Origin: Prorocentrum cordatum
Lineage: Eukaryota
Direction: 5' to 3'
DNA: 53,687 nucleotides
NCBI GenBank assembly: GCA_963575745.1
Contig: CAUYUJ010000300.1
Location: 62,001 to 115,687, forward strand
The position numbers and the translations under genes are program-made. Positions 1 through 10,965 of the stretch are shown in pieces (position 1 is the stretch's first letter; each line of letters starts with the position of its first letter). The notes under the pieces are model-generated. The model ran no database searches, was not told the origin of the DNA, and worked only from the letters and a program-made list of their open reading frames with translations.

Positions 1-9
1 CGGCCACCT

Positions 10-234
10 TCAAGATGCCCACGTGTCCCCGAAGGCTTTCCGAACCGATTCGGGGAACACATGGTCCGATAGCTTGGCAGGTCTGGCCTCAACGTTCGGC
101 CACATAGGCGCTTCCAAAAAGGCAGGGGGCGGCGGTGATTCGCCGTAGGCGTCTTCGATACTTTTCACCCTGAGTCTTTGCAACATAGAGAGCCAATGCC
201 TCCGTCGTTCCTCCTTCACTGACAAAGAAAATCT
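10..234 (-). CDS. Possible exon of an unidentified host gene
   Basis: High-complexity stretch after a minus-strand ccccag acceptor-like site. Two open frames (…RRRHWLSMLQRLRVKSIEDAYGE… or IFFVSEGGTTEALALYVAK…). Frame and product unresolved. Confidence 0.25.
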   Translation of the reverse strand, partial: RFSLSVKEERRRHWLSMLQRLRVKSIEDAYGESPPPPAFLEAPMWPNVEARPAKLSDHVFPESVRKAFGDTWAS

Positions 235-273
235 GGGGACGCCGAAATCGTAAAACAAACGCCCGTTGAGTGC

Positions 274-326
274 GTGTGTGTGTGTGTGTGTGTGTGTGCT
301 TCTGTCTGTGTGTGTATGTGTGATTA

Positions 327-368
<42 letters not shown>

Positions 369-414
369 CCTCTGTCTGTCTGTGTCTGTGTCTGTGTCTG
401 TGTCTGTGTGCGTG
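274..414. repeat. (TG)n/(TCTG)n/(TGTGTC)n compound microsatellite
   Basis: Directly visible. Confidence 0.95.
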
Positions 415-594
415 GGTGAGCTCCCTCTAGGCTCGGTTTGCGGGGGCCCCATGCGCTCGAGCGCTGCACCTCCCCGGGGAGACTTCGTGCAGAAGGGGCT
501 CCCCGCGGGTAGGCCCTGCGCTCGCCCTCTGGGCCTCCAGAGAGCCCGGCAGCGGCCGCCGCACCGCCCTCCACTTGCACCCGCTAGCCTTATG

Positions 595-777
595 TCGGGC
601 GTGTCCCCCTACAGGGGGATTTTCGACGAAAAATAAAAAATAACAAAACGATGCCCCAAAAAGATGAAACAATACTCAAAAAATAATCCCCAGACTACTT
701 TTGGAGCATTTTTGGATTATTTGGGGGGTATTTTTTAGTTTTCGTCGAAAATCCCCCTGTACGGGGGACAGGCCCGA
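595..777. mobile_element. Fold-back MITE-like element, family A
   Basis: Left arm tcgggcgtgtccccctacagggggattttcgacgaaaa is nearly the reverse complement of right arm ttttcgtcgaaaatccccctgtacgggggacaggcccga. AT-rich core. TSD imperfect. A second, interrupted copy begins at 25706. Confidence 0.8.
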
Positions 778-1023
778 CTTAACGCTAGCCCGACTCCAGA
801 GCGCTGCTGCGCGCTTGGCCGCGACGCCAGGAGAGCTCCCCACCGGCGACCCCCGGCGGAATTCGCCGCAGTTTGAGCCCCATCCCGCCACTCGCTGCGG
901 CGACGTCGCCCGGCCAGCGGAGGAACAAGTGCTCGCGTGGGGGAGCCTGGGCCGCCACACCCGGCGTGAAGGACTTCACGCTCTGAGCGCCCCGCCTGCG
1001 CCCTCTCCGCGGTCGCTCTCGTC

Positions 1024-1207
1024 TCGGGCCGGGCGAAAGGGGGGGATAGCAAAGGGGGGGTTTGAGAATCAGCTCACGTAGCTGATTCTCCCGGCGCCGG
1101 AGGCGACCATGCATCGAGGAAGGGGCCCCTCGGTGGGGCCGAAACCAGCTGCATGCAGCAAATTTCGTAACCCCCCTTTCCCTATCCCCCCCTTTCGCCC
1201 GACCCGA
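1024..1207. mobile_element. Fold-back MITE-like element, family B copy 1, 5-bp TSD
   Basis: tcgggccgggcgaaagggggggatagc … ctatccccccctttcgcccgacccga. Flanked by tcgtc at 1019-1023 and 1208-1212. Second copy at 2890-3083. Confidence 0.85.
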
Positions 1208-1437
1208 TCGTCCCCCTCCGCCTCCGCGGTGCTGGCTGCTTGCCGTGTCGCAAGCTCGCCCCCCCCCCCCCACCGCGCCGTGCGACCGCCGGCGGCGTGC
1301 GACACCAATGCTTCTTCCTCCTGTCGCTCGCTGCGGCGACGTCGCCTGGCCGGCGGAGGAAACCGCGGTGCCCGCGGGGGTTCTCGCGACCTCGGAGGTC
1401 CGGTGCCCGAGGCTGCCTGCGCGCTCCTCAAGGCGTA

Positions 1438-1620
1438 CCCATCGGTCGGAAGGAGTAGGTAGAAACATGAAGTAGGAAGGCGTTGGAAATATATTGGGTT
1501 TCCGCCCGCCTCCTGAGGAGGAAGGAAGAGGGAAAACCACTCGACTCTTGAAGTAGAAAGGCGCTGAAAGTGGATTGGAATCTGGGAATCCAAAAATACC
1601 TACTTTCAACGACCGATGGG
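1438..1620. mobile_element. Fold-back repeat carrying internal gaagtaggaaggcg motifs
   Basis: cccatcggtcg (1438-1448) pairs with cgaccgatggg (1610-1620). The internal motif recurs at ~38293 and ~53508. No clear TSD. Confidence 0.55.
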
Positions 1621-2096
1621 TGGGCTCTCTACGTCTGGGGCCCCTTCCTTGCTTCCGCCTCTGCGGCCGCCCTCCGCTTTCACACCTGTCTTCCGGTGGG
1701 CTCGCGCGGCGTCGGAGCGAGCAACGGTTTGTGACACCGCGCCGATCGTTCAACCTTGAATCGATCGCGGCCCCGATCGCCAGGGCTGAATTTTCCGTCG
1801 AGCCCAAGCAGGCGCTTTCTCTTCTGGGCTTCGACCGTTGGCCGAAGGGTGGCGGAGGGAGAGGGCCTGGTCCTGGCCGGTGCTTGGCAGATCTGCTTCT
1901 GCCAGTCGCGCAATCCGACTGGGGGGAGGGAAACAAGCCGCCAAAAGCAGCCAAGATCTGGTCTATGGAAAAGGGGGGAGGGGGGAGGCCAAAGGCACGC
2001 ACCGATCGGCGAACCAGTACAAACAAAAAACAACTAATTACCAACGGCGCTACTGTGCCCCTCGGTGTTTCTGCGTCGCGGAGTTCAACCTTGAAC

Positions 2097-2390
2097 TAGA
2101 AGAAGAAACAACGCCACTCCGCGCGGATTTCTTGGATCTGCGCTGGACCCCCCTCCCTGGCGCGCGGAGCGCGCCAGGGGCGGCGCCAAAGGCGCCGCCA
2201 GCCTCCTCCTCCTCCTCCTCCTCCTCCTCCTCCTCCTCCTCCTCCTCCTCCCTCCTCCCCCTCCTCCTCCCCTCCCTCCTCCTCCTCCTCCTCCTCCTCC
2301 TCCTCCTCCTCCTCCTCGCCCAGGCGTGGATCCAAGAAATCCGCGCGGAGCGCCAAACAATTGATGTTTACGGCGTGCTTTCTTCTTCGA
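2097..2390. mobile_element. Fold-back MITE-like element, family C, with internal (CCT)n, 5-bp TSD
   Basis: Perfect 22-bp inverted repeat ctccgcgcggatttcttggatc (2117-2138 / 2329-2350). Ends tagaagaagaaa…tttcttcttcga. TSD tgaac at 2092-2096 and 2391-2395. Confidence 0.85.
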
Positions 2391-2889
2391 TGAACGCCTT
2401 CGCCGCCGTCGCCAGCTCGCCAAGCCCGCGTGAACCTACCGCAGTCTGCCCATGGCCCGGCGCGGCCCACTGGCTGACGGAGCGCGTTCTTGCCCGTTCT
2501 CGCCGCCGACCGAAGAAACGCGTTCGCGACGCCACCAGAGGCCGACGGTCCACGCAGGAGAGCGCGCCCGGGACAGTCTTCGAGTAAGGGGGAACGACCG
2601 CTGAGTTTGAAGGGGCCCAGGGACACACAAATAAATGCACACTCATCCCAGGATTCCCCTTGTTTTTCAATTTTCTGGTTGGGGGAAACTTTCGTCTGCC
2701 CTCCCCACTTCCCATATTTTCCCATCTTCTCTCGGGAATCGACGATTCATCGTGTCTGTGTTTGTTCCCTCCTGGGAATTGCTTTACCCCGACCTTGGTT
2801 GCTTCGTCGAGCAGCATGGCCATTCGCAATTGTCTGTCCGTAGCTCATTCTCGGGAGGCCTCGTCTGCATCTTTCTATCGCTACGACAG

Positions 2890-3083
2890 TCGGGCCAGGC
2901 GACAGGGGGGGATAGCAAAAGGGGGGGTTTGAGAATCAGCTCACGTAGCTGATTTTCCCGGCGCCTCCTGGCGCCGGAGGCGGCCATGTATCGAGGAATG
3001 GGCCCCTCGGCGAGGCCGAAACCAGCTGCATGCAGCAAAATTCGTACCCCCCCCTTTCCCAACCCCCCTTTCGTCCGGCCCGA
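2890..3083. mobile_element. Fold-back MITE-like element, family B copy 2, 21-bp flanking duplication
   Basis: Closely similar to 1024-1207. Ends tcgggcc…ggcccga. Flanked by atctttctatcgctacgacag at 2869-2889 and 3084-3104. Confidence 0.85.
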
Positions 3084-3169
3084 ATCTTTCTATCGCTACG
3101 ACAGGGCAGCGGCTCCGCGCGAGGCGGCAACAGAGAAGTGGAGCCCGCTGCCCCTCCACCACACACACC

Positions 3170-3957
3170 CTCCTTCAGCTCTCCCAGCTCCTCCAGCTCC
3201 TCCAGCTCCTCCTCCTCCTCCTCCTCCTCCTCCTCCTCCTCCTCCTCCTCCTCCTCCCCCTCCCTCCTCCTCCTCCTCCTCCCTCCTCCTCCTCCTCCTC
3301 CAGCTCCTCCTCCTCCTCCTCCTCCTCCTCCTCCTCCTCCTCCTCCTCCTCCTCCTCCTCCTCCTCCTCCCTCCCCCCCCCCTCCCTCCTCCTCCCTCCT
3401 CCTCCTCCTCTCCTCCTCCTCCTCCTCCTCCTCCTCCCTCCTCCTCCTCCTCCTCCTCCTCCTCCTCCTCCTCCTCCTCCTCCTCCTCCTCCTCCTCCTC
3501 CTCCTCTTCCTCCTCCTCCCCCTCCCCCTCCCCCTCCCCCTCCCCCTCCCCCTCCTCCTCCTCCTCCTCCTCCTCCTCCTCCTCCTCCCTCCTCCTCCTC
3601 CTCCTCCTCCTCCTCCTCCTCCTCCTCCTCCTCCTCCTCCACCTCCTCCTCCTCCTCCTCCTCCTCCTCCTCCCCTCCTCCTCCTCCCCCTCCTCCTCCT
3701 CCTCCTCCTCCCTCCTCCTCCTCCTCCTCCTCCTCCCTCCTCCTCCTCCTCCTCTTCCTCCTCCTCCTCCTCCTCCTCCCTCCTCCTCCTCCCTCCTCCT
3801 CCTCCTCCTCTCCTCCTCCTCCCTCCTCCTCCTCCTCCCCCTCCCCCTCCCCCTCCCCCTCCCCTCCCCTCCTCCTCCTCCTCCTCCTCCCCTCCTCCTC
3901 CTCCTCCTCCTCCACCTCCTCCTCCTCCTCCTCCTCCTCCTCCTCCACCTCCTCCTC
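3170..3957. repeat. ~790-bp imperfect (CCT)n polypyrimidine tract
   Basis: Directly visible. Shorter (CCT)/(GGA) tracts at ~4775-4945, 16738-16800, 22805-22882, 24341-24437, 24805-25032, 27264-27470 and 31904-31996. Confidence 0.97.
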
Positions 3958-4090
3958 GGCGACACACAAGAAGAACCCCAGACAAAAAGCGACCTCTGGT
4001 GCGCGGCTCAGCGGGGGACGCGGGGGCCAGATCCGAGCGCGCAGGCCGCTGCATACCGCTGCACGCTCGGCGATCGGGGGACCACAGTGG

Positions 4091-4333
4091 TCGGCGGTGG
4101 ACAAGCCTCCCTTGAGTAGACCTCCCCTAAGTGAAAGCGGCCTCCTCCTCCCCCTCCTCCTCCTCCTCCTCCTCCTCCTCCTCCTCCTCCTTCTCCCTCC
4201 TCCCTCCTCCCTCCTCCCTCCGAAACCGACGGACCTGGACCCGCAAAAATGGCGGCCGCGACGCACTCTCGCGAACCGAACGCGGCCAATTCCTGAATCG
4301 GCGTGTCAGGGCAGGAGGTCTGTCCACCCCCGA
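4091..4333. mobile_element. Fold-back MITE-like element, family D copy 1, 5-bp TSD
   Basis: tcggcggtggaca … tgtccacccccga. TSD agtgg at 4086-4090 and 4334-4338. Related to 23545-23723. Confidence 0.8.
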
Positions 4334-4393
4334 AGTGGGCCCGCACCAAAGGCCACTCCGGCGAAAGGGCAACCTTACGTCTGCTCGGGTCTC

Positions 4394-4627
4394 TTGAGCA
4401 GGGACCGACCGTCCCGGCATTCCTATAATCATACCACGACATGTTCTCAGAACCCACAAACGTTCTGAGAGCAAAATCAATGTTCTTAGAACATGAACCC
4501 GATGTGTTACAAACATGACAGTCCCAGTCAGAAATGTTCTAAGAACATTTCGTGGGAACCACAAACGGTCCTTAGAACATTGTTTGGTGGGGCTATAGGC
4601 GAGCCGGGACGCTTCGCCACTGCTTGA
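4394..4627. mobile_element. Fold-back MITE-like element, family E, 17-bp flanking duplication
   Basis: Arms ttgagcagggaccgaccgtcccggcattcctata / tataggcgagccgggacgcttcgccactgcttga. Internal repeated tgttct(n)agaac palindromes. Flanked by acgtctgctcg(g/a)gtctc at 4377-4393 and 4628-4644. Confidence 0.8.
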
Positions 4628-5169
4628 ACGTCTGCTCGAGTCTCTGCTTTACCCTGCCCGCGCGCCGCCCGGCCCAAGGCTTACGGTCGCTCGTCCAGAA
4701 GCCGTCGCCCGGCGCTGCCGAGGCGGAGGAGGCGGACGCGTGCGGCGGCCAGGAGGCGAGAGCAGAGCCCGCGCAGGAGGAGGAGGAGGAGGAGGAGGAG
4801 GAGGAGGAGGAGGCGGAGGAGGAGGAGGAGGAGGAGGAGGAGGAGGAGGGGGGAGGGGGAGGGGGAAGGGGAGAGGGGAGGAGGAGGAGGGGAGGAGGAG
4901 GGAGGAGGAGGAGGAGGAGGAGGGAGGAGGAGGGGAGAGGGAGGAAAGCGACGACACCGAGGGAGGAGTTCGAGAAGCGGCACCGCCTCGCCTTCCGGGC
5001 AGCTCCGCCCAGCGCGCGGCGCTGCCGAGGCGCCCGCAAAGTCCAGCCCGCCCGTGCGGGCCCCCCTGTCGACCAGCAGCTCCACGGTGGCGGTGCGGCC
5101 GCCCTGGGGCGCGCGCCGCCAAGGAGGCCCTCCTGCCCATCCCCCCCCCCTGCTGTTGAGGACCGAGGG

Positions 5170-5303
5170 TCGACGCTCGAGGGTTGAAGGACTCGACGAC
5201 CGAGGATCGAGGATCGACGTTCGAGGATCGACGATTCGACGTTCGAGGATCGACGGTTCGACGTTCGAGACTCGACGTTCGAGGATGCTCTTGAGGTTCG
5301 AAG
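5170..5303. repeat. TCGA-phased 7-mer minisatellite (tcgagga/tcgacgt)
   Basis: Directly visible. Related CpG-dense gtc/tcg arrays at ~33930-34285, 39170-39465, 48080-48300 and 52463-52845. Confidence 0.85.
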
Positions 5304-5796
5304 ATTGGCAACAGGCTTCGGGCTGTGCACAGGCAGCCAGCCCGCCCCCCCACTCAGTCCCGGCTGTCCTCCACAGGACCCCCGAGCAGTTCGTGGCGGT
5401 CTCGGCACCCTGGCGCCGCCACTGCAGCGCCGAGCGCCCCAAGGCAGGATGCTCTGGGGTCCTGTCGAGGCCAGCCAGGACTACCTAGGGGGGCCGTCTG
5501 TGCGCAGCCTGAAGCCTCACCATGGAGGACTGATGCTTGTAGAAATCTGCAGCTCTTTCAGAGTTTCTTCCCGGGTCCTCCCAGAGACCCCCAGGGACCT
5601 CTGGGGACCTCAGAAAGAGGGAGGGGGGAAGGGAGGCGATTCAGTCCCACCAGCCCTGGGCGAAGGTGGTGTGACGAGTTGGTTGCTTCCCCCTTCCAAA
5701 ACCACTCCTTACCCTGCTAGGGGGAGGGCCCTTATCAATATACCCCCCTCCCCCCCCGACTGGCGACCCCATGGCCACCCTTGTCAAAAGGCAAAT

Positions 5797-6140
5797 AGGA
5801 CGGCGAGAGTGCCTGCATATTGATTGCTGTGCGCAATGCTAACACCCCCATCATCCCGTGCACAAAACATGCAAATATAACAGTTCGCACCAACATATGG
5901 ATCATGCGCGAACGCGCCGCGATAATTGCGCATTGGTTGGTTGCAAGGACGGCGGGGGTGTCGCCATATTGCCTGCTGTTTGAATCTTGCATTGCCAACA
6001 CTCCCCGACCATCCCTTGCAAACAAACATACGAAATGCACCTTGCACCAAAGTCCGGAACATGCGCGGGCGCCCCGCGATAACTTGGCATTGGATTGAAA
6101 AGCGGACGGCGGGAAGGGGGCATGTTGCCTGCTGCGTGCA
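5797..6140. repeat. Degenerate ~150-157-bp tandem repeat (~2.3 units)
   Basis: Units begin (a)ggacggcg at ~5797, 5946 and 6104. The first two share catgcgcg…cgcgataa…gcattgg near their ends. Confidence 0.65.
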
Positions 6141-6499
6141 AACCCACCGTCCCTTTCCACGGAACACCTGATCGGACAAGAACGGGAAGCGCCGCTTTAG
6201 TCCAATGGGCTTATTGGGCGAAGGAAAAGACAAGAAAGGCGAGAGCGACGAGGAGGCGACGACGAGGACGAGGTGGAGAGCGTGAGAATAGCGAGGAGGA
6301 AAATGAGGACAACGAGGAGGAAGAGAAGCGCAAGGACGAGGACGAAGAGAACGAGAGCGAGCACGAGGAGAAATGCGGAGGACGATGACGACGACAACGA
6401 CGACGACGGAGGACATTAAAAGGCAATTGGGGAAGGACGCTGAATCAAGAGAGGGTCCTGGCGACCCAATCGTGCGACCCTGGGAGTTCCTAGCGCCAC

Positions 6500-6870
6500 G
6501 CAGGGTTGTCTTGGGGCCTGTTGCAAGCTTCTTAGGGGCCTCTGGGGTCCTCTTGTCGGTTTCCAGGGTCTTCTTTGGCTGTCTGGGCGAATCATGGGAT
6601 TCTTTTGGAGGCGTTTTGGGCCGTCTCGGTGCCATCTGGGGCCGTCTTGGGGCTTTCTTTGGCCGTTTGGGGGCCTCCTGGGGCGCTCTCGGGAATCTCT
6701 TGCGCAATTGGCTCGTCTTGGGCCGTCTTGGGGCCCTCCTTAGCTGTCCGGGTACCTCGTGGAGCGCTCTTGGGGGTCTTTTGGGGATCTCTTGGGGCGT
6801 TCTTTGGGCGCTCTAGGGGCCGTTTCGGGACGTCTTTGGGATCTCCTTTGGGTCGTTCGGAAGCCATCCG
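6500..6870. repeat. Degenerate (cttggggcc)-rich repeat, with reverse-orientation relatives at ~20230-20430 and ~22885-23535
   Basis: Recurrent ttgggg/ccccaag motifs with ~11-bp spacing. Confidence 0.7.
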
Positions 6871-7096
6871 GGAACGATTGCAAGACGATGTCGATTCGGA
6901 GTCCCCTCCGGGGCCGATTGTTTGAAGATGTTTAAGAAAAACTGCGTTTTTGACACCTGGCCGGACAAGAACGGGAAGCGTCGCTTCCGTCCACGAAGCT
7001 TGTCAAATAACGTATGGTGGAGAACGCCAGGGAAACCCAGAGACATAACGCAGACGACTAACAGAAATGCTGCCAATTCCCTGTGTTGGTGAACAG

Positions 7097-7507
7097 CGAT
7101 GTTCTGCCATGTTGGTCTGCTGGACTGCTGTGGTCTGCCGTTGCGCTCTACCGTGCTGCTGTGGGTCTATCGTGTTAAACTCTCGTGCTCCCGTGGGCTA
7201 CCGCGCCAATCCGCCGTGCTCCTGTGTGTTTTGTGTGTTATACCATGCTCCTGTGCGCTCTGCCGTGTTCCCTGTGTGTTCTGCCGTGCTCCTGTGTGTT
7301 CTGCCGTGCTCTGCCGCGCAACTGTATAATCTGCCATGTTCTGCCGTATTCGGAATGGTCTGCCGTGCTCCTGTGCGCTCTGCCGTGCTCCTTTGTTCTG
7401 CCGTGCTCCTGTGTGTTCTGTGTGGCCTGCCGTGCTCCTGTGAGTTCTGCCATGCCCCTGTGTGTTATGCCATGCTCCTGTGCGCTCTGCCGTGTTCCCT
7501 GTGTGTT
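7097..7507. repeat. ctgccgtgctcctgtgtgtt satellite with ~227-bp higher-order unit (left part)
   Basis: ~20-bp monomers. The unit containing actgtataatctgcca…cgtattcggaatggtc recurs at 10966-11222. Confidence 0.9.
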
Positions 7508-10500
7508 AAAGTTAAAGTTAAAGTTAAAGACGGGGCCTTCAAGGCAGACGGCGGCCAGGAAAACAGGGACAGGGCCAGACGGGACCCACGTTCCCGAGAG
7601 AAGCCGAGTCCCAAGCGAGCGCCGAGGGCGACGGAAGCCTACTCACCACGGGGAGCAGCTGGCGCGAGCCTCACCGATGCACATCTTTCCGTCACTCACG
7701 GTCGGATCGCCACGGCGCGCCAGACGGCGGCGTACCCTGCGGTCCTCCAGGGTGTCGACTGCTGCATTGGCCGCGGCGGCGAGCTCCTCCTCGGTGATCC
7801 CGAGGGCCCCGAGGAGCCCAGCTCTCGCCGCGGCTGGGCGCCGCAGAGGCTGGCTGGCAACGGCCACCGCGACGGACGCATCCGTGGGGGCCTCGCCAAG
7901 TCCCTCCGCCACCTCAGCACTGCGGCAGCCGCTGGGGCGCTGCCCGCACTGCTCGCAGTGGCCGAGGAGTCGACCGCTGGCTCCGCTGTGATGCCAAGCC
8001 ACTCCAGGTATCGCACCTGCGCATGCTCAGGCACAGGCCCCTGCGAAAGCAGAGCAGGGATGCCATATCCTTTCACTTTGTGCCTGGCAGCTCGTGACAC
8101 CTCCTGCATCCTGCCTCCTGGATGGAGTCCCCGTGGCCCCAGGCTGCGCTGGTTCCTGCCCGCCTCGTCGGCCTTGCCGCCTGGGCAGCGCTCCTTGAGG
8201 CGAGGCCTCTCCCCTGAGCAGCCGCCCAGCGTCATGTAGGCGCCGCGCATGGGGCACGCCTCGTGCTCCTGGGTGTCTTCGCCTTCTCCAGCGCAGGCGT
8301 GGGACAGGGCGTGTCCCAGGGTGCTGAAGGCTACAGCGCTGGCCGAGGGGGCGGCCGACCTGCTGCCAGTCGAGCGAGCGCTCTCCAGGCGTGGCCACTT
8401 GGCCATCGGCCCAGCACCAGCGGCATCCTCCGCCGCCTGGGACTCCTCGGCGGTGGCAAACCGCACATGGCGCCGCTCAGCAGCAGGAAGGAGCGCTTCG
8501 CAATCCTTGGCCGCGATGCCGTGCCAGATGCTGGCGGCCCGACAGATCCAGCGCCCGAGCTCCTGCGCGATCTCCGCCGCGTGGTGGTGCTTCTGCAGGG
8601 TCTGCCGTGTCCCCGAGCGCCCCGAGCGACCCTGCGCCGTTCTGTCCGCAGGCACATCCTTGTGGAACGGGTGCAGCCCCACTCCCGCGACACGGAGGCG
8701 GCCCGCGCGCACGGCGCACGGCCCCAGGGGCTCTTACTCGGCTCTCATGCACTCCTCGCCCCGCACAGGCGGCGCCCGTGCAGAGGTTCCCGGCCTGCAA
8801 CGTCTTACAGAAAGTCCAGCCCTGCGTTTCCCAGTGCCCGCCTGGTAGAGCACGTGCAGACCTCCAAGTACCCGCGGGTCGAAGCCATGCTCGACTCCGC
8901 GCCGCCGCAGGAAGGCATGCCGTAGGCTCACGTAGAGCTTGGCGATGTCCAGGCAGAGGCTGGGGGAGGCCCCCCCCCCCCCCCCTCACACGCGCAAGAG
9001 CGGCGCGGGCGCTGTGCAGCCAGCTTGCCTTGTCATACTTGCGGTCCATCTTGCAACAAAAAAAGCGGTGATCGTGTTCCGCCTCCCGCGGCGCGCCGAT
9101 GGGCTGCCTCGGGCTGCCCCAGATGCGCATGGGCCGTGGGCCGTTCGCTATCGGTCGGACTGCTCCGTCCGACTGGGGAAAGAAGACAAGCATGGCAGCA
9201 CGGGCGCCCAGGGGCTGGGGCATCGCCTCCTGAAGCGCCAGGAGGCCCATGACTCCTTTCAGCCTGCGGGCCAGCCGCTCCAGGCCTGCGCGAAACAGCG
9301 GCCCCTCCAAGCCCGAGGGCACGCGCGGGCGGAGGGAGACAATGCTCCTGCTGCGCTCGGCTCCTCTGGCCTCCTCTGGGCGGCGCGGGGAGGCACTGGC
9401 CACCTGGGGCTGCCCCTGGCTGGGCTTGGCTCCGCGCCGACAGACGGTGGCCCCAGTCTCCTCCAGGCCCCCCCCCCCCCTAGCGCCGCCGCGCACTCCG
9501 AGAGCCTCCCGCCCGCATCGGAGGCCCTGAGCCGCCGCTGGGGCCTGGCTTGGCGCCGGCGGGGTCAGCCCGCCCCCGAGGCCGCGAGGCCGCTTGCCGC
9601 CGCCGCAGGCCTCCTCGGCGCCGCTGCTCGCGCGCAGGCGCTGCCCCGCCGCACTGGCCCCGCTAGGCGCTCGCCTGCGCTGGCTGCGCTCCTCCGTTGC
9701 CGCTCCCAGCTGCGTGGCCAGCAGGGCGAGCAGCCAGAGGGGCCAGGTCCGCAGCCTCAGCGACCAGCCCCTTCTTGCATGCCTGGGACACTTGCGGCCA
9801 CTCGCCGAGCGCGCTGCCGTGCCGCTCGGCTTGGCCACGTTCCGCTGCGGCCTGCGGCTGCCAGGGCTCGCTGCCGCCTGCGAGCTCGCCGTCGTCGCTG
9901 CTGATCTCGCCCATGGGGCAGGACTCGGCCCACGGCGCTCGCTAGGGGGCTGGCGGGGGCACCGCGAGCTGCGCCCGCACCGCCTCCACCTGGGTGCGTG
10001 TGGCCGCCCATGCCACCTCGAAGTTGCTGGAGCCCCATGCCTCTGGCAGCTTGTCCAGCTGCGTGAGGAGCCCAGGCGCATGGCTGGCTCCAGCCCACTC
10101 GGCTGCGCGCTGGCGCCGCCGCTCCTCCGCCTCCTCACAGGCTGCTTCTTCGAGGACCTGGAGCGCCCTGCTGGCCTCCTCCACCTCGCCGCGAGCGCCG
10201 CGAGCTCGTCCTGGGCCTTCTGCAGCTGGACCTCAGCGCGGTCCCGCGCCGCCTGCTTCTGCTCGAGGCCCTGGCGGGCTGAGCGGAGCCGCTTCTCTTC
10301 CTTGCTGATGGCGTTCGCCTCCTTGTGTAGCAGAGCCGACCGCGGCATTGCGGAGGCCTTCTGCTCCGCTGCCTCCTTCTGGGCGCTGGCCAACTCTGCC
10401 CTCTTCGCCTCCAGCAAGTTGACCGCGACGTCCGTGAAGCAGCTGTCGACGCCGTCGGGCGGCCCAGCCTGCAGCGCCTCGAGCCGCTCGACCGTTGCCT

Positions 10501-10964
10501 GCAGCCTCTCGATCGCCGCGACTCCTCCGCTGCTGGGCGCCACACTCGCCGCTGAAGACGAGGTCTGCGACTTGGCGGATGCCGTGCGCGACGCTGCGCT
10601 GCGGGCCTGCCGCTGGGCACGGCGTCCCCGAGGCTGGTCCACCCAGCCGTCCTTGTCTGCCTCGGGCTTCGCCTTGCCGCGGGGTGACCCCAGCGCCCAG
10701 GGCGGTGCGGCATGCCCACAGCTGCCAGCTACCGCAGCTGCACATCCAATAGGTCATGCTGCGCCTGCCACTGCTGCCGCCACGCTGGGACCTCGCCATG
10801 GCGCCCGCTGCGCTGCCCGCTGGGCCACGCCCCCACGCTGCGAGAGCAAGAAGCACGACGAGAATTTGCACTGGCCCAAAGCGCGGAGACCCTCGCGCTC
10901 AGAGCGCCGCGAACGACTTGCGGTCGTCGGGCTCTCCATGGCCTTGAGCCAAAATGGCTACGGA
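7505..10964 (-). mobile_element. Internally deleted, frameshifted non-LTR (LINE) retroelement, from 5' spliced leader to 3' (TTTAAC)4 tail
   Basis: ORF1-like region with WMCSCGSW motif (~10750) and coiled coil (~10200-10500). RT N-terminal remnants FFPQSDGAVRPIANGPRPMRIW (~9110-9190) and LCLDIAKLYVSLRH (~8915-8960). (GTTAAA)4 at 7505-7528. 13/15 flanking duplication at 7493-7507 / 10966-10980. Confidence 0.85.
10943..10964 (-). other. Genomic copy of the dinoflagellate spliced leader (DinoSL)
   Basis: Minus strand reads TCCGTAGCCATTTTGGCTCAAG, an exact match to DCCGTAGCCATTTTGGCTCAAG. It is followed by gccATG rather than an SL-RNA GT intron. Confidence 0.97.
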
Positions 10965-10965
10965 T

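Noticed and set aside
2936..4266. Long poly-E/G/R/S/P/L ORFs (also at 4.6-5.4, 24-25.3 and 27.3 kb)
   Set aside because: They are translations of (CCT)/(GGA) microsatellites that are open in all frames.
6163..6993. ~40-bp direct repeat acacctg…cggacaagaacgggaagcg at ~6163 and ~6953 as LTRs or TSD
   Set aside because: Too short for LTRs, imperfect, and enclosing only low-complexity repeats.
7505..7528. (GTTAAA)4 as telomeric repeat
   Set aside because: It is not TTTAGGG, and its position matches the LINE 3' tail.
10943..10964. SL RNA gene
   Set aside because: No GT donor or SL intron follows. It abuts retroelement sequence.
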